From: Thermoproteota archaeon
Lineage (GTDB): Archaea > Asgardarchaeota > Njordarchaeia > Njordarchaeales > Panguiarchaeaceae
DNA: 64,000 bases
Direction: 5' to 3'
NCBI GenBank assembly: GCA_024720975.1
Contig: JANJXX010000001.1
Span: 159,408 to 223,407 of the forward strand
Part shown: positions 1-10,214 of the stretch, one piece after another
How the letters are laid out: each line of letters begins with the position of its first letter
Numbering within the stretch: position 1 is the first letter of the stretch
Notes under the pieces: model-generated
What the model was told of the DNA's origin: nothing
Databases searched by the model: none
Seen by the model: the letters and a program-made list of their open reading frames with translations, nothing else
Position numbers and translations under genes: made by a program

Positions 1-128
1 ATACTGTTTAGCTCTTCCAGCTCAAAAACTTCGACGTTTCTATTTTTTAGCTCCTTTTTCAGTATCGAGAAGTAATAGTGATCCTCTATAGTGAACTCCT
101 GATGACTTATATCCCATGCTATCCTCAT
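1..128 (-). CDS. Partial CDS (runs off window start): DUF4350/GldG/IFT52-like alpha/beta domain protein
   Basis: Hand translation from ATG at 128 gives MRIAWDISHQEFTIEDHYYFSILKKELKNRNVEVFELEELNS. The (I/V)x(W/F)DxxH start is typical of this domain. The ATG overlaps the nucS stop (ATGA). Confidence 0.65.
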   Translation of the reverse strand, partial: MRIAWDISHQEFTIEDHYYFSILKKELKNRNVEVFELEELNS

Positions 129-892
129 TCTTTATTACCACCTAAAATGTCCTTTGGATCGAGTTTCCTGAACTCTAGACCTTTTTCTTTTAGAGCTAAT
201 AAGGCGGTTTCACTGACTCCGGGGGCGACAAGGATTCCACGAACATTCCGGCCTGTAGTTTTTTGAACTGACTCAACGTATAAGGCAAGCTGACCTACAT
301 CTTGAATGTCAGCCACTCTTCTCTTGAACTCACATATTAAAATGTTTCCATCTTTATCATAGCCATATAAATCTACGACTCCAAATCTTATTCTATATTC
401 TCTGGAAATTGGTGTAAATCCATCTTCAATTATTGAGGGATTTTTCCAAACGTAGTCAACCATCTGGGATTCAGACATGAATAGCTCAAATTTACCGCTC
501 TTTGTGCTCATTCCGAGGATTAGATAGACATCATAACAATTTATTACCACTATCTCCTTCGGGTAGTGCCTCCGGCTTCTAATTACGAGTTTATCTCCCT
601 CAACATAGCTAGTAACAATTGCGCCAGGGGGATTCCAATTTATTGGTTCGCGTTTTTCTGGACCGTGTACCATAAGGGTTCCGTCTGGTTTGGTAATTAT
701 AAAGTGGTCGCTAGGAGATAGTTGAGAAGCTGCTCTCCCTCTATAGTTCACACTACAAAAAGCAAAAATAAGAATAACACAATGCCTCCAATTTCTTCTT
801 ACAAATTCAGCAGCTTCTTCCAGACTCGGCTTTTCAAGTATAACATACTTTTCTAAGTCTCTTATGTTTGCAATTTCGTTTAATGCGCCCAA
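125..892 (-). CDS. nucS: Endonuclease NucS/EndoMS
   Basis: Motifs YRGRAAS, KPDGTLMVH, PINWNPPG, VDLYGYD, ICEFKR, VGQLALYV, VRGILVAP. Confidence 0.93.
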   Translation of the reverse strand: MGALNEIANIRDLEKYVILEKPSLEEAAEFVRRNWRHCVILIFAFCSVNYRGRAASQLSPSDHFIITKPDGTLMVHGPEKREPINWNPPGAIVTSYVEGDKLVIRSRRHYPKEIVVINCYDVYLILGMSTKSGKFELFMSESQMVDYVWKNPSIIEDGFTPISREYRIRFGVVDLYGYDKDGNILICEFKRRVADIQDVGQLALYVESVQKTTGRNVRGILVAPGVSETALLALKEKGLEFRKLDPKDILGGNKE

Positions 893-895
893 AAA

Positions 896-1447
896 TCACC
901 CACCAGTCCATTCACTGCCGTACTTTTCAATGTGAACAACTTTCTCAAGCGGCAATCTTGGTGTTGGTGCTGGTTTTTCCGCAGGTCTGCCTAGGGGAAT
1001 TATTGCAACAGGTCTTACATGCGAGGGAAATCCTACAATTTTTGCAACTTCTTCATCATAAAAAGCTCCAACCCAGCACGTACCATAACCTAATGCGTGA
1101 GCTGCGAGCATCAAGTTCATTATTGCTGCTGCTGTATCTTGAATGCAGTATAGGGTTGCCCCTCGTTCTCCATACCTTGAGCTTGATCGTTGAATATTTG
1201 CGCCCACGACAACTACTACGGGAGCCTCAACAATGAACATCTGACCTAATGCTGCTCTAGCCAAAGCCCTCTTTCGCTCGAGATCACGCACTATGACAAA
1301 TTCCCAGCTTTGTCTGTTGCCTGCACTGGGAGCCCATCTAGCGGCATCGAGTATTTTTCTGAGATCCTCCTCGCTTACAGGATCTTCTTTGAATCTTCTG
1401 ATACTTCGACGTGTCTTAATTGCATCAAATACATCCATCATGATCAC
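896..1447 (-). CDS. Nitroreductase family protein
   Basis: RRSIRRF, APSAGNRQSW, AAHALGYGTCWVG. The real start is probably one of the ATGs at 1441/1438 after GGTGA. Confidence 0.9.
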   Translation of the reverse strand: MIMMDVFDAIKTRRSIRRFKEDPVSEEDLRKILDAARWAPSAGNRQSWEFVIVRDLERKRALARAALGQMFIVEAPVVVVVGANIQRSSSRYGERGATLYCIQDTAAAIMNLMLAAHALGYGTCWVGAFYDEEVAKIVGFPSHVRPVAIIPLGRPAEKPAPTPRLPLEKVVHIEKYGSEWTGG

Positions 1448-1501
1448 CTACTAGTATACCAAAACCTGAATGTTAATAAGCAATGACCTAGCGAGAAATC
1501 A

Positions 1502-2338
1502 TCATAATGCTCTATACCTCACTCCGTTCCTCAGTTTATTCATTCTGCTCTTAATAATGGGTTCAAGATGTTTAAGCATTCCTCTCACAGATGACAAGCT
1601 CCTCGGAATTTTTCCTTCCACGAGTAGAGATGCTAGAGAAGCAGCATATAAACAAGCTTCAATCAAATCTTTGTTCCTTAGATATTCAGCAATAAAGGCC
1701 ACCATGAAAAAATCACCTGCACCCGTTGGGTTTCCATCCACTCTATATGCTGGTATATAATATTCTCTCTGTCCAAGCCTAACCTTTGCGCCATTTTCAC
1801 CAAAGGTTATTACTGTCAGTGGTTTTTGAGGAAGAACATCAAATGCAGGAAGTTCATCTACAGAAATGTGTATTGCCCAGCAGCTTTCAATAATATTAAA
1901 CTCCTCTTTACTAATTGTAGTTACTTCTATTCTGTCATCCCTAGCTATCCTCACAAGTCCTTGAGCGTCTATAACGGCTCGTGCATTGTTCACAACTGAT
2001 TTCATAAGCTTTGCTTCAAATTCTCTATAGACCGGATTTATAAACACGGCGTCAAAATTCGCCGGATTAGGTAAAACACTATTATATATTCCTGGCACCC
2101 TCAGCAATTTTGATATCCTTGAGTTGCTTTCGTACTTATGTTCAAATACTGGGCCATCTGATTGCAAAAAATGACCTCTTGGAACTTCCCAGCGGTATTC
2201 CTTAGGTTTTATTCCACAACAAAAATAGTCTAATCCTAGGAGTTCTGCGGCGAGTGAGCAGTAGAGCGCAGGTCCTCCGCTTGCCAGTCTTCCTTCAATA
2301 ATGTCGATGGTAAGAGATCCTAGAATCAATATCTTCAT
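1502..2338 (-). CDS. PfkB/ribokinase family carbohydrate kinase
   Basis: LGSLTID..GGPALY at the N-terminus, ITFGENGA, and C-terminal PTGAGDFF anion-hole motif. Confidence 0.85.
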   Translation of the reverse strand: MKILILGSLTIDIIEGRLASGGPALYCSLAAELLGLDYFCCGIKPKEYRWEVPRGHFLQSDGPVFEHKYESNSRISKLLRVPGIYNSVLPNPANFDAVFINPVYREFEAKLMKSVVNNARAVIDAQGLVRIARDDRIEVTTISKEEFNIIESCWAIHISVDELPAFDVLPQKPLTVITFGENGAKVRLGQREYYIPAYRVDGNPTGAGDFFMVAFIAEYLRNKDLIEACLYAASLASLLVEGKIPRSLSSVRGMLKHLEPIIKSRMNKLRNGVRYRAL

Positions 2339-4644
2339 TTCCTCATCAACGCCATGGCAAAATATGCTTGGCCTAGAGCTAATCCACCATCGCCTGGTGG
2401 TACCCAGCTGTTAATTACTACATCAACACCATTAGCACCATCAATTATACCCTGTATAACATAGTCATTCACAGCTGCACCACCAGAGACGAATATCGCT
2501 TGAACATTAGCGCTAGAAGTGTATTTTGATGCAATCGAACCCAGTCCGAAGCCCAATAAGTATTGGGTTGTCTTTGCGATGTCCTTTGGTTTGAAGTCCC
2601 CTGAAACTATAGATTCAAATAAATTACTCACATCTACTACCCACTCATTGCTACTTCTAATCACCTTGACATCAATCTCATCAAGAATAGACCCCTCCCT
2701 CGAGAATGCCTCTAATTTCATTGCAGGCTCTCCCTCATAAGTTCTTTCAGAACAAATGTTGAGCAGACTTGACACAGCATCTAGAACCCTACCTAAGCTC
2801 GATGTTCTTATTTTTTCCTTCCTCGAAAGTTGGATCATAACTTCCAATTCCCGGGGAGATTTGAATTTACTGATCAATCCATTTTTCCTGAAAAACTCGG
2901 CTATCTCATAATCAGACATAAATGTACTTAGAATACCAACGAGCATTCTAGGGGGATATCTTGTAGCTAAATCACCACTCGGCATTGGACTATAAGATAA
3001 ATGACCCACTCTATTCAGGTTCATTATTTCTCCATAAAAAACTTCTCCTCCCCAGACATTTCCGTCATCACCATAACCAACACCATCAATGGCTATACCA
3101 ACTATTTTATCGGTCGGGTCAAGGCCTTTCTCTGCTACTACACTGAGGATATGTGCTCTGTGATGCTGCAGATAAACTATCTCACTGGAACTCCTTTTAG
3201 CCCATTCTTCGGCAAGTCTTCGGGATGCGTATCTTGGATGTTTGTCAGCTACAATTATACCCTTGCTTGGATCTAAGTTGTAAGACCTCACTAAGAAATT
3301 TAGAGCTTCCTCTAGGAACAATAGATTTTCAAGCTCATCGAGGTCACCAACGAATTGAGTAAGTATTACCTTATCATCGAAGGCTACAGCTCCTGCATTT
3401 TGAAGATCCGCACCAAACGCTATTGCTGGCCTTGGTGATTTCATAGGGACTCTTAGCCACCTTGGGGCATATCCTCGACTTCTCCTTAGGAACACTGGCT
3501 TTCCATTTGTAAATCGCAGCACGCTGTCATCTGCCCTATTTACAATCCTTCTATTGTGTAGCACTATGTAATCTACTATGGCACTAAGTTTCTTTATTGC
3601 TTCATCGTTGGTCCTTACAATTGGCTTTTCGTGATGATTGCCACTAGTCATTATCAGAAACCTATCCCTTGTAGCTTTAAGGAGAATGTAGTGGATCCCA
3701 GAATAAGCTATCATCACTCCGTACTTATCAAGACCTGGTGCTACATACTCTGAGATGGAACTATTCTCTCTCTTAGGCAGTAACACAATTGGTCTAGCAG
3801 GAGACATAAGCAATTTTGCAGCTTTTTCGTCTATTTCGACGATTTTTGACGCAATCTCTATGTCCAGTGCCATTAGTGCAAATGGCTTTTGGGGTCGGTT
3901 TTTCCTTCTTCTTAACTCAAGTACAACCTCATCATCTGTAGCCAATGCTGCTATATGAAAACCGCCTATACCTTTCAAAGCAACTATGCTTCCTTCGTCT
4001 ATAAGTCTTGCCGCCGTCTTTAAGGGATCCTTATCATCAATCACATTCCCGAATCTATCAACTAACCAGAGCTTTGGTCCGCATGTTGGGCACGAAATTC
4101 CTTGAGCATGAAAGCGCCTGATATTATCTTTATCTTTATACTCACTTTCACAAAGTTCACATAGAGGAAAATCTGACATTGATGTGTTTTCTCGATCATA
4201 GGGTATTCTTTCTATTATCGTAAACCTAGGCCCACACCAAGCACATGAATGAAATGGGTATTCAAAAAAGCGTGATTGAGGGTTCTCAATGTCTTTTAGG
4301 CAATGCTCACATATCGCGAAGTCTGGAGGAATCTGGGAGTAAATCTCAGCATCATCTTCACTTGGTAGAATTTGAAATTCGTCCATACCTTTAGGTTCAG
4401 CGCTTGTGATAATGATCTCTTCTATTTCTGCAGGTGGAGGCCTTTCCTCTTTTAAACCCGCTATGAAGGAGTTTATATTCTCATGGTTTCCTTCCAGGAA
4501 TATTTCTACTTCTGAGCCTCCTCTATTCCTAACGTATCCGCGAAGATTGTTCTTCTTAGCTAGTCTGTAGATGAATGGTCTGAAACCTACTCCTTGAGTT
4601 AACCCTATTACTATAAGTTTCTTTGCTAAGGCTATGACGAACAC
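2335..4644 (-). CDS. hypF: Hydrogenase maturation carbamoyltransferase HypF
   Basis: QGVGFRPF acylphosphatase domain, two CxxC..CxxC Zn fingers, RFHAQ, KGIGGFH, QHHRAH, DGVGYGDDG, PPGDGGLALGQ. The true start may be ATA at 4635 (see findings). Confidence 0.96.
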   Translation of the reverse strand: MFVIALAKKLIVIGLTQGVGFRPFIYRLAKKNNLRGYVRNRGGSEVEIFLEGNHENINSFIAGLKEERPPPAEIEEIIITSAEPKGMDEFQILPSEDDAEIYSQIPPDFAICEHCLKDIENPQSRFFEYPFHSCAWCGPRFTIIERIPYDRENTSMSDFPLCELCESEYKDKDNIRRFHAQGISCPTCGPKLWLVDRFGNVIDDKDPLKTAARLIDEGSIVALKGIGGFHIAALATDDEVVLELRRRKNRPQKPFALMALDIEIASKIVEIDEKAAKLLMSPARPIVLLPKRENSSISEYVAPGLDKYGVMIAYSGIHYILLKATRDRFLIMTSGNHHEKPIVRTNDEAIKKLSAIVDYIVLHNRRIVNRADDSVLRFTNGKPVFLRRSRGYAPRWLRVPMKSPRPAIAFGADLQNAGAVAFDDKVILTQFVGDLDELENLLFLEEALNFLVRSYNLDPSKGIIVADKHPRYASRRLAEEWAKRSSSEIVYLQHHRAHILSVVAEKGLDPTDKIVGIAIDGVGYGDDGNVWGGEVFYGEIMNLNRVGHLSYSPMPSGDLATRYPPRMLVGILSTFMSDYEIAEFFRKNGLISKFKSPRELEVMIQLSRKEKIRTSSLGRVLDAVSSLLNICSERTYEGEPAMKLEAFSREGSILDEIDVKVIRSSNEWVVDVSNLFESIVSGDFKPKDIAKTTQYLLGFGLGSIASKYTSSANVQAIFVSGGAAVNDYVIQGIIDGANGVDVVINSWVPPGDGGLALGQAYFAMALMRK

Positions 4645-5670
4645 CTAGCAGATTCTTGGAGTAAGCTCTCCTCTTAGTTCTTCGACTATGCGGTATCCAC
4701 CAACTTCCGTCTCCATTATTACATACCCTGGCCTCTCTTTCCGTACCTCACCTATTATCCGTGCATCTATGTATCCTGCTGAGTGAAGAGCATCTAAGAT
4801 GCTCTCGGCTCTCTCAGGATCAACTACTAAGACAACTCTACCTTCACACGCCAGGTAGAGGGGGTCTATTCCTAGGAGCTCTGAAATGACCCTGACGCTT
4901 TCTCTGATGGGTATTTCATCTTCGCGTATCCATATCGAGACGCCACTTTTTTCTGCAATCTCATTTAAAGCCATTGCAAGCCCACCTCTTGTTGGATCCT
5001 TGGCGGCATGAATTCCACCTATGGCTCGAGCAATCCTCATTATCGGAAGAACCGACGCGCAGTCAGAGGACAAACCCTCCTTCTCGGGATCTAGTCCGTA
5101 ACGGTATGCAGTAATAACTGCTCCATGATCACCTATTGGCCCAGAGACTATTACCTTATCTCCAGGTCTTGCCTTACTATCGAGTATAGGGTCTCCATTG
5201 AGAAACCCGATCACAGTTGTAGTTATGATGATTCTGTCCACCTGACCCTCTGGCATTACCTTAAAGTCCCCTGCAATGACAGTTACATTGTTTTTATTGA
5301 ATGCATCTAGCATCGATGTTATTATCTTCTCTAAGTCACTTAAGGTAAAGCCCTCCTCAACAACAATTGCATCGAGAGCAAAAAGTGGATCTGCACCAAT
5401 GACAGCTACATCATTTATACTCCCAAATGCTGCTAAAGTTCCAATATTGCCGCCGGGAAAGAATATCGGGTCAACTGTTGCAGAATCCGTAGCGATGACT
5501 ATATGCTCATTATTACCGCTATTTAGTATCACCGCGGCATCATCCATTGCTTCCAAACCTATAACGTTCTTAGGTGTTATAACGCTTGAGAACATATACT
5601 TTATTAAGTCTTGCATTTCCTTACCGCCAGTACCGTGTGCGAGTGTGATTCTACGGTCGTTCATTTTCAT
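4645..5670 (-). CDS. hypE: Hydrogenase maturation protein HypE
   Basis: LAHGTGG, DDAAV, PIFFPGGNIG, DPTRGG, and the diagnostic C-terminal PRIC. Confidence 0.96.
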   Translation of the reverse strand: MKMNDRRITLAHGTGGKEMQDLIKYMFSSVITPKNVIGLEAMDDAAVILNSGNNEHIVIATDSATVDPIFFPGGNIGTLAAFGSINDVAVIGADPLFALDAIVVEEGFTLSDLEKIITSMLDAFNKNNVTVIAGDFKVMPEGQVDRIIITTTVIGFLNGDPILDSKARPGDKVIVSGPIGDHGAVITAYRYGLDPEKEGLSSDCASVLPIMRIARAIGGIHAAKDPTRGGLAMALNEIAEKSGVSIWIREDEIPIRESVRVISELLGIDPLYLACEGRVVLVVDPERAESILDALHSAGYIDARIIGEVRKERPGYVIMETEVGGYRIVEELRGELTPRIC

Positions 5671-5884
5671 TCACTTGGGTTAGCTCAGAAAGTGTTTTTA
5701 TTATGCTCTCAAAAGCTTCCTTATCAATCTTACCAATGATTGTTCCGGCGTGAACTATAACATAATCTCCCTCTTGAACATCTACTAGAAGGGCATCAAC
5801 AACACGTCTTACTCCACCAAAATCTACTAGTGCTTCCATGTCGGATAATTTCTTAACAACTACACCAGGTATCCCTAAACACAT
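5651..5884 (-). CDS. hypC: Hydrogenase maturation chaperone HypC
   Basis: MCLGIP start, VDFGGV, GDYVIVHAG. Confidence 0.95.
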   Translation of the reverse strand: MCLGIPGVVVKKLSDMEALVDFGGVRRVVDALLVDVQEGDYVIVHAGTIIGKIDKEAFESIIKTLSELTQVNENERP

Positions 5885-5977
5885 GCAGGAGCACCAATAA
5901 GCTAGAGGTATTGCATCAATAAAAGAGCCAGATATTTGCTCTAGAAATAGTTAATGTTGCAGCTTTTAGTTATTCGA

Positions 5978-5991
5978 TTCAAAAAACAAAG
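5978..5991 (-). terminator. Putative oligo(T) terminator after ileS
   Basis: TTTGTTTTTTG on the minus strand about 30 nt downstream of the ileS stop. Confidence 0.4.
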
Positions 5992-6020
5992 TAGCTATTG
6001 TATTTCAGGTCGTATCGTTA

Positions 6021-9000
6021 CTACTTTTGCTGAACTTTTTCAACGCCAATTTTGACGCTGTAGTCTTCTATATCCCACTCCTTTACAAAACCAACTGGTT
6101 CTCCAAATACGATCTCTGTTGCCCTTGTTTCATTCATTATATAATTCAGGTGACGTTTAATGAGAGTTAGGAAATCTTCAGGGGCATTTATGTATACTTT
6201 GATGAAATCTTCTATGTTTAGGCTCATTTCTTTTCTCATTTGCTGTATCCTTCGCACAACATCTTTCGCCAGACCTTCTGCTAACAATTCCTCATCGAGT
6301 TCTGTTGTTATTGCAAGATGTCCATACTTAAACTCCACAATTGACAACCCCTCATGTTGCTTAAGGTTCACTTCTAAATCATCCGGTTCTATGATTACTT
6401 CATTACCATGTATCTGGAAAGAATACTTTCCCTCAGTACGCAGGGTCTGAACAATAACTTTTGGATCGGTCTTGTTTAGAAAGTCAACTATCATCGGAGT
6501 TAAGCTCTTATACTTCTTCCCTATGTTTTTGACTTTAGGACTGACCTCGTAATCCTTCTCTAGCTGTTTTATTATTATATCTTTAGCATTCGCTTGTTGC
6601 AATAGTAAAGTTCGTAAACTTTTTATGGTCTCGTGAACTATAGGAACACTTGAGTCAACTATAATCATCTTTACGGGCCATCTGGCCTTTATTCCGACTT
6701 GTGTTCTTGCTGCACCCACTGCACTCACAATTTCCCTCACAACCTCCATCTTTTCTTCTAGCTCTTTATTGACGTAATCAATTTTGGGCCAATCTAATAG
6801 GAAAACGCTTTCTGGTAGTGACCCGTCGAGTTTGCGCAATAAGTTGAGGTATATATATTCAGCAATAAACGGAGCGTAAAGTGCGATTAGGGGGAGCACT
6901 TTGATAAAGACGTTAAACAATGTGTAATAAGCAACGTTCTTTACGGGATCATCCTTCTCTATCCACAACCTCCATCGAATTATTTTACCATACCATCGGC
7001 TTAGGTCTTCAGCTATATAATTGAGTATAAGCCTACCTGCCCTTGCAAAATTAAATCTTTCGAGTTCTTGTTCAACTGATGAAATTAGACTGTTTGTTCT
7101 GGAGAGGATCCACTTATCCTCTTCTTGGGCGTATTTTTCGAAGAACTTGTCATTGTAATGCTTTGGATTAAATTTATCGAGCTCCATGTAAGTTTTGGCC
7201 ATTATATAAACGTTCCACAATATGTCCAGGATACTATTTACTTCTTTTACGTCATCCCAATTGAATCTTATGTCCTCCCATGAGGACACTGTAGTTGTTA
7301 AGTAAAATCTGAGGGTATCTGCTCCATATTTCTTTATAACCTCTTCTGGCATAACAATGTTACCTAGGGACTTTGACATTTTTGCTCCAGCTGCGTCGAG
7401 GACAAAACCATGCATCACTACTTTGTTGTAGGGCGGTCTATTGAAAACTATGGTACCTAGTACCTGTTGAGCGTAAAACCATTTCATGACCTGGTCCTGT
7501 CCCTCTATGATCAGGTTTGCTGGGAAGAATCTCTCAAATTCATCTTTTCTCTTTGGATAATGCATGCTTGCCCAGGCGCAAACCGCCGAATCAAACCAAA
7601 CATCTAGGACATCAGGAACTCTTCGCATGTTTCCACCACATTTTGGACACCTTAGGATAACAGTGTCAATGAATGGCCTGTGGGGATCTATTTTATCCGG
7701 GAGTTTGCTTGCAGCGAGTTCTCTTAATTCATCAAAGGATCCTATAACAACCTCATGACCACATTTTTCGCATACCCATAGAGGTATTGGCGCATTCCAA
7801 TAACGTTGTCTTGATATAACCCAATCACCAACACTAGCTAGACCATCTCTGTATCTCTTTCTTACCCACTCTGGATACCATTCAACAAACTTTTCATCTC
7901 CTTCAATGATCCTATTCTTGATCTTAGAAACTGTTAGAAACATTTGTTTTGTGGCTCTAAATAGCAGTGCAGACTTACACCTCCAACAGGTTGGATATCT
8001 ATGTTTAATCGTGCCGGAGAATACCAGCAGACCTTTTTCTCTCAGTCGTTCAATTATCAACTTATCAGCATCTTTAACGAAAATTCCCTTCCATATACCT
8101 TCTGTGAATTTGCCCTCCTCGTCAACCGGACAATATATTGGAATATTGTATATCTTTCCTACCTGCCAATCTTCTTGACCATGCCCCGGGGCTATGTGAA
8201 CGAACCCTGTACCTTCTGTTGTTCTAACAAATTCGCCCATTACTATGGTATGTGCACGCATGTACTTACTGTCGAATTCCCTTTGCAGCGGCATCTCTTC
8301 GGCTAAGGGATAATTATATTTTATGCCATCGAGCTCGGAACCCTTTCGGAGTTCAACAATTCTGTATTCTTTTATGCCAATTTCTCCCACTACGGGTTGA
8401 ACTCTCTCCTCAAGCAGCCAATAGTATTCTATATGTCCATTCACCCTGACTTCCACTTTAGCGTATTTGAGGTCTGGATGAGCGAGAACTGCCAAGTTTG
8501 CCGGTAGTGTCCAGGGTGTAGTTGTCCAGATGAGTATGTATTCATCCTTTTTGTTTGCAATTGGCAGCTTGACATATATCGATGGATCAACTAACTCTCT
8601 ATACTCTATCTCATGTTCTGCAAGCGCGGTTTCACAGCGAGGACACCAATGAACGACCTTAAAATCGCGCGATATTAATCCCAATTCCCATGCTTTCTTG
8701 AACGCGAACCACTCGCTTTCAATGTATTCAGGATCAATCGTTCTATACGGCGACTCCCAGTTCATGAAGACGCCTAATCTTTTGAACTGTTCTTCCATTA
8801 TCGATAGATTCTTCAGAGCAAGTTTTTTGCACTCTTCTATGAATTTGTCTATACCGAATCTCTCTATGTCCTTCTTCGTCTTGAATTTGAGTTTTTTCTC
8901 GGTCAGCACCTCTATTGGCAGACCATGCATGTCCCAACCAGGTTGAGCTCTGACGTAATAGCCCTTAAAGGTCAGGTATTTTATGATTACATCCTTCAAG

Positions 9001-9179
9001 ATCTTATTCCAAGCTGTGCCTAGGTGAATGTAGCCGGAGGTGTATGGGGGACCATCTAGAAAGTAGAATTCCTTGCCATGGCTCCTATGCTGAAACATCC
9101 TGTTATGAATTTTGTGCTCATACCAAAATTTTAAAATTTCCTCCTCGAGCCATGGACCATATCTCCTTTGCTCCACCAA
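6021..9179 (-). CDS. ileS: Isoleucine--tRNA ligase (archaeal/eukaryote type)
   Basis: DGPPY..HLGT (HIGH), GWDMHGLPIE, WTTTPWTLPAN, GTGFVHIAPGHG, DWVISRQRYW, KMSKS, C-terminal RRIQQMRK domain. Confidence 0.97.
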   Translation of the reverse strand: MVEQRRYGPWLEEEILKFWYEHKIHNRMFQHRSHGKEFYFLDGPPYTSGYIHLGTAWNKILKDVIIKYLTFKGYYVRAQPGWDMHGLPIEVLTEKKLKFKTKKDIERFGIDKFIEECKKLALKNLSIMEEQFKRLGVFMNWESPYRTIDPEYIESEWFAFKKAWELGLISRDFKVVHWCPRCETALAEHEIEYRELVDPSIYVKLPIANKKDEYILIWTTTPWTLPANLAVLAHPDLKYAKVEVRVNGHIEYYWLLEERVQPVVGEIGIKEYRIVELRKGSELDGIKYNYPLAEEMPLQREFDSKYMRAHTIVMGEFVRTTEGTGFVHIAPGHGQEDWQVGKIYNIPIYCPVDEEGKFTEGIWKGIFVKDADKLIIERLREKGLLVFSGTIKHRYPTCWRCKSALLFRATKQMFLTVSKIKNRIIEGDEKFVEWYPEWVRKRYRDGLASVGDWVISRQRYWNAPIPLWVCEKCGHEVVIGSFDELRELAASKLPDKIDPHRPFIDTVILRCPKCGGNMRRVPDVLDVWFDSAVCAWASMHYPKRKDEFERFFPANLIIEGQDQVMKWFYAQQVLGTIVFNRPPYNKVVMHGFVLDAAGAKMSKSLGNIVMPEEVIKKYGADTLRFYLTTTVSSWEDIRFNWDDVKEVNSILDILWNVYIMAKTYMELDKFNPKHYNDKFFEKYAQEEDKWILSRTNSLISSVEQELERFNFARAGRLILNYIAEDLSRWYGKIIRWRLWIEKDDPVKNVAYYTLFNVFIKVLPLIALYAPFIAEYIYLNLLRKLDGSLPESVFLLDWPKIDYVNKELEEKMEVVREIVSAVGAARTQVGIKARWPVKMIIVDSSVPIVHETIKSLRTLLLQQANAKDIIIKQLEKDYEVSPKVKNIGKKYKSLTPMIVDFLNKTDPKVIVQTLRTEGKYSFQIHGNEVIIEPDDLEVNLKQHEGLSIVEFKYGHLAITTELDEELLAEGLAKDVVRRIQQMRKEMSLNIEDFIKVYINAPEDFLTLIKRHLNYIMNETRATEIVFGEPVGFVKEWDIEDYSVKIGVEKVQQK

Positions 9180-9363
9180 AACACTTCACCAGAGTGTCGA
9201 ATAGTATGTTCTGCAAAATAGACCTATTTAATTTTGAGTTGATCGTCAATGACCAGTCGTTACGTAATATAAGCCAACTGAGAATATTGTATATCATATA
9301 GTTCAAAAAAGACATATTTGATTCTAACCTGCTAATATTGATAGACATGAATGAGGCAGACAC

Positions 9364-10179
9364 ATGACGGGAAACGAAGCAAAATTTGAGACACTTGAGT
9401 ACCTAACAACAAGAATACACGGACTTGGTAAAATAACGGCTGAAATATTCGATGAAATCAAAGCATTGGGTTTAACTAATTTGGTTAGTTATTGCGAGAG
9501 CGCAAACTTAAGGTTGGAGGAAATACTTAGCCTCCTTGGATATTACTCACCCCCAATTGGATTTCTAGTGCTCCAGTTGAATGCTCCTAGAATTCTGGTT
9601 GGTCTTGATTCTGATGACACAGTTGTTGGATTCCTAGAGCCGACTTATATTGCTACGCATCTTGGAACAAAAATAAGACTGAGAAAAGAGTACACTATGC
9701 TCGGCACCAAATTGATCACACATTACGAGCTTATTAACCGCATAGTAGCATCCGCTAAAATTGGAAGAGAAGTGGCTCTTGTATGCATTGACAAGAAAGA
9801 CCTCACGATACCGTACGACATAAGACTTCGTGGACTCGCTACATCAATAAGTTATGTTAGTATCGATTCCTACAATGTTCAAGAGTTCAATACCATAAAA
9901 CTGGAAGACTACAAGACAATTCTCATGGAGTACTTACTTATGATTGATTCTCTCATGTCAGGGTTGAGAAACCGCCTAGCCGGGTTTTTGAGAGATATCA
10001 CAGACGAGAAAGTCAATCCGGACTTAGAAACAATCATCGACGCTTTCGGAATTTATATCCTTAATGAGGAATCATTCGTTAGATTCTATATGGACGCATA
10101 TATTGAACTGAAAGCAGTTAGCGCCGTTTTAAGAGAAACCATTAAACATATTCGGAAGCAATTGGCAGGGAAAGCCTAG
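9364..10179 (+). CDS. Hypothetical protein
   Basis: 271-aa ORF with GAGG RBS, divergent from ileS. No family motif recognised. Confidence 0.7.
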   Translation: MTGNEAKFETLEYLTTRIHGLGKITAEIFDEIKALGLTNLVSYCESANLRLEEILSLLGYYSPPIGFLVLQLNAPRILVGLDSDDTVVGFLEPTYIATHLGTKIRLRKEYTMLGTKLITHYELINRIVASAKIGREVALVCIDKKDLTIPYDIRLRGLATSISYVSIDSYNVQEFNTIKLEDYKTILMEYLLMIDSLMSGLRNRLAGFLRDITDEKVNPDLETIIDAFGIYILNEESFVRFYMDAYIELKAVSAVLRETIKHIRKQLAGKA

Positions 10180-10214
10180 AATAAAAAGTTAATTATAGCC
10201 TTAACAGGCGATTG

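Noticed and set aside
4636-4650. In-frame TAG-GTG junctions (hypE to hypF; also PGI/PMI to NDP-sugar transferase at 42645-42650) suggesting amber read-through fusions
   Set aside because: TAGGTG is simply the stop overlapping the GGTG RBS, and a 6-nt spacer keeps the frame automatically. HypE needs a free C-terminal Cys, and no pyl genes are seen.
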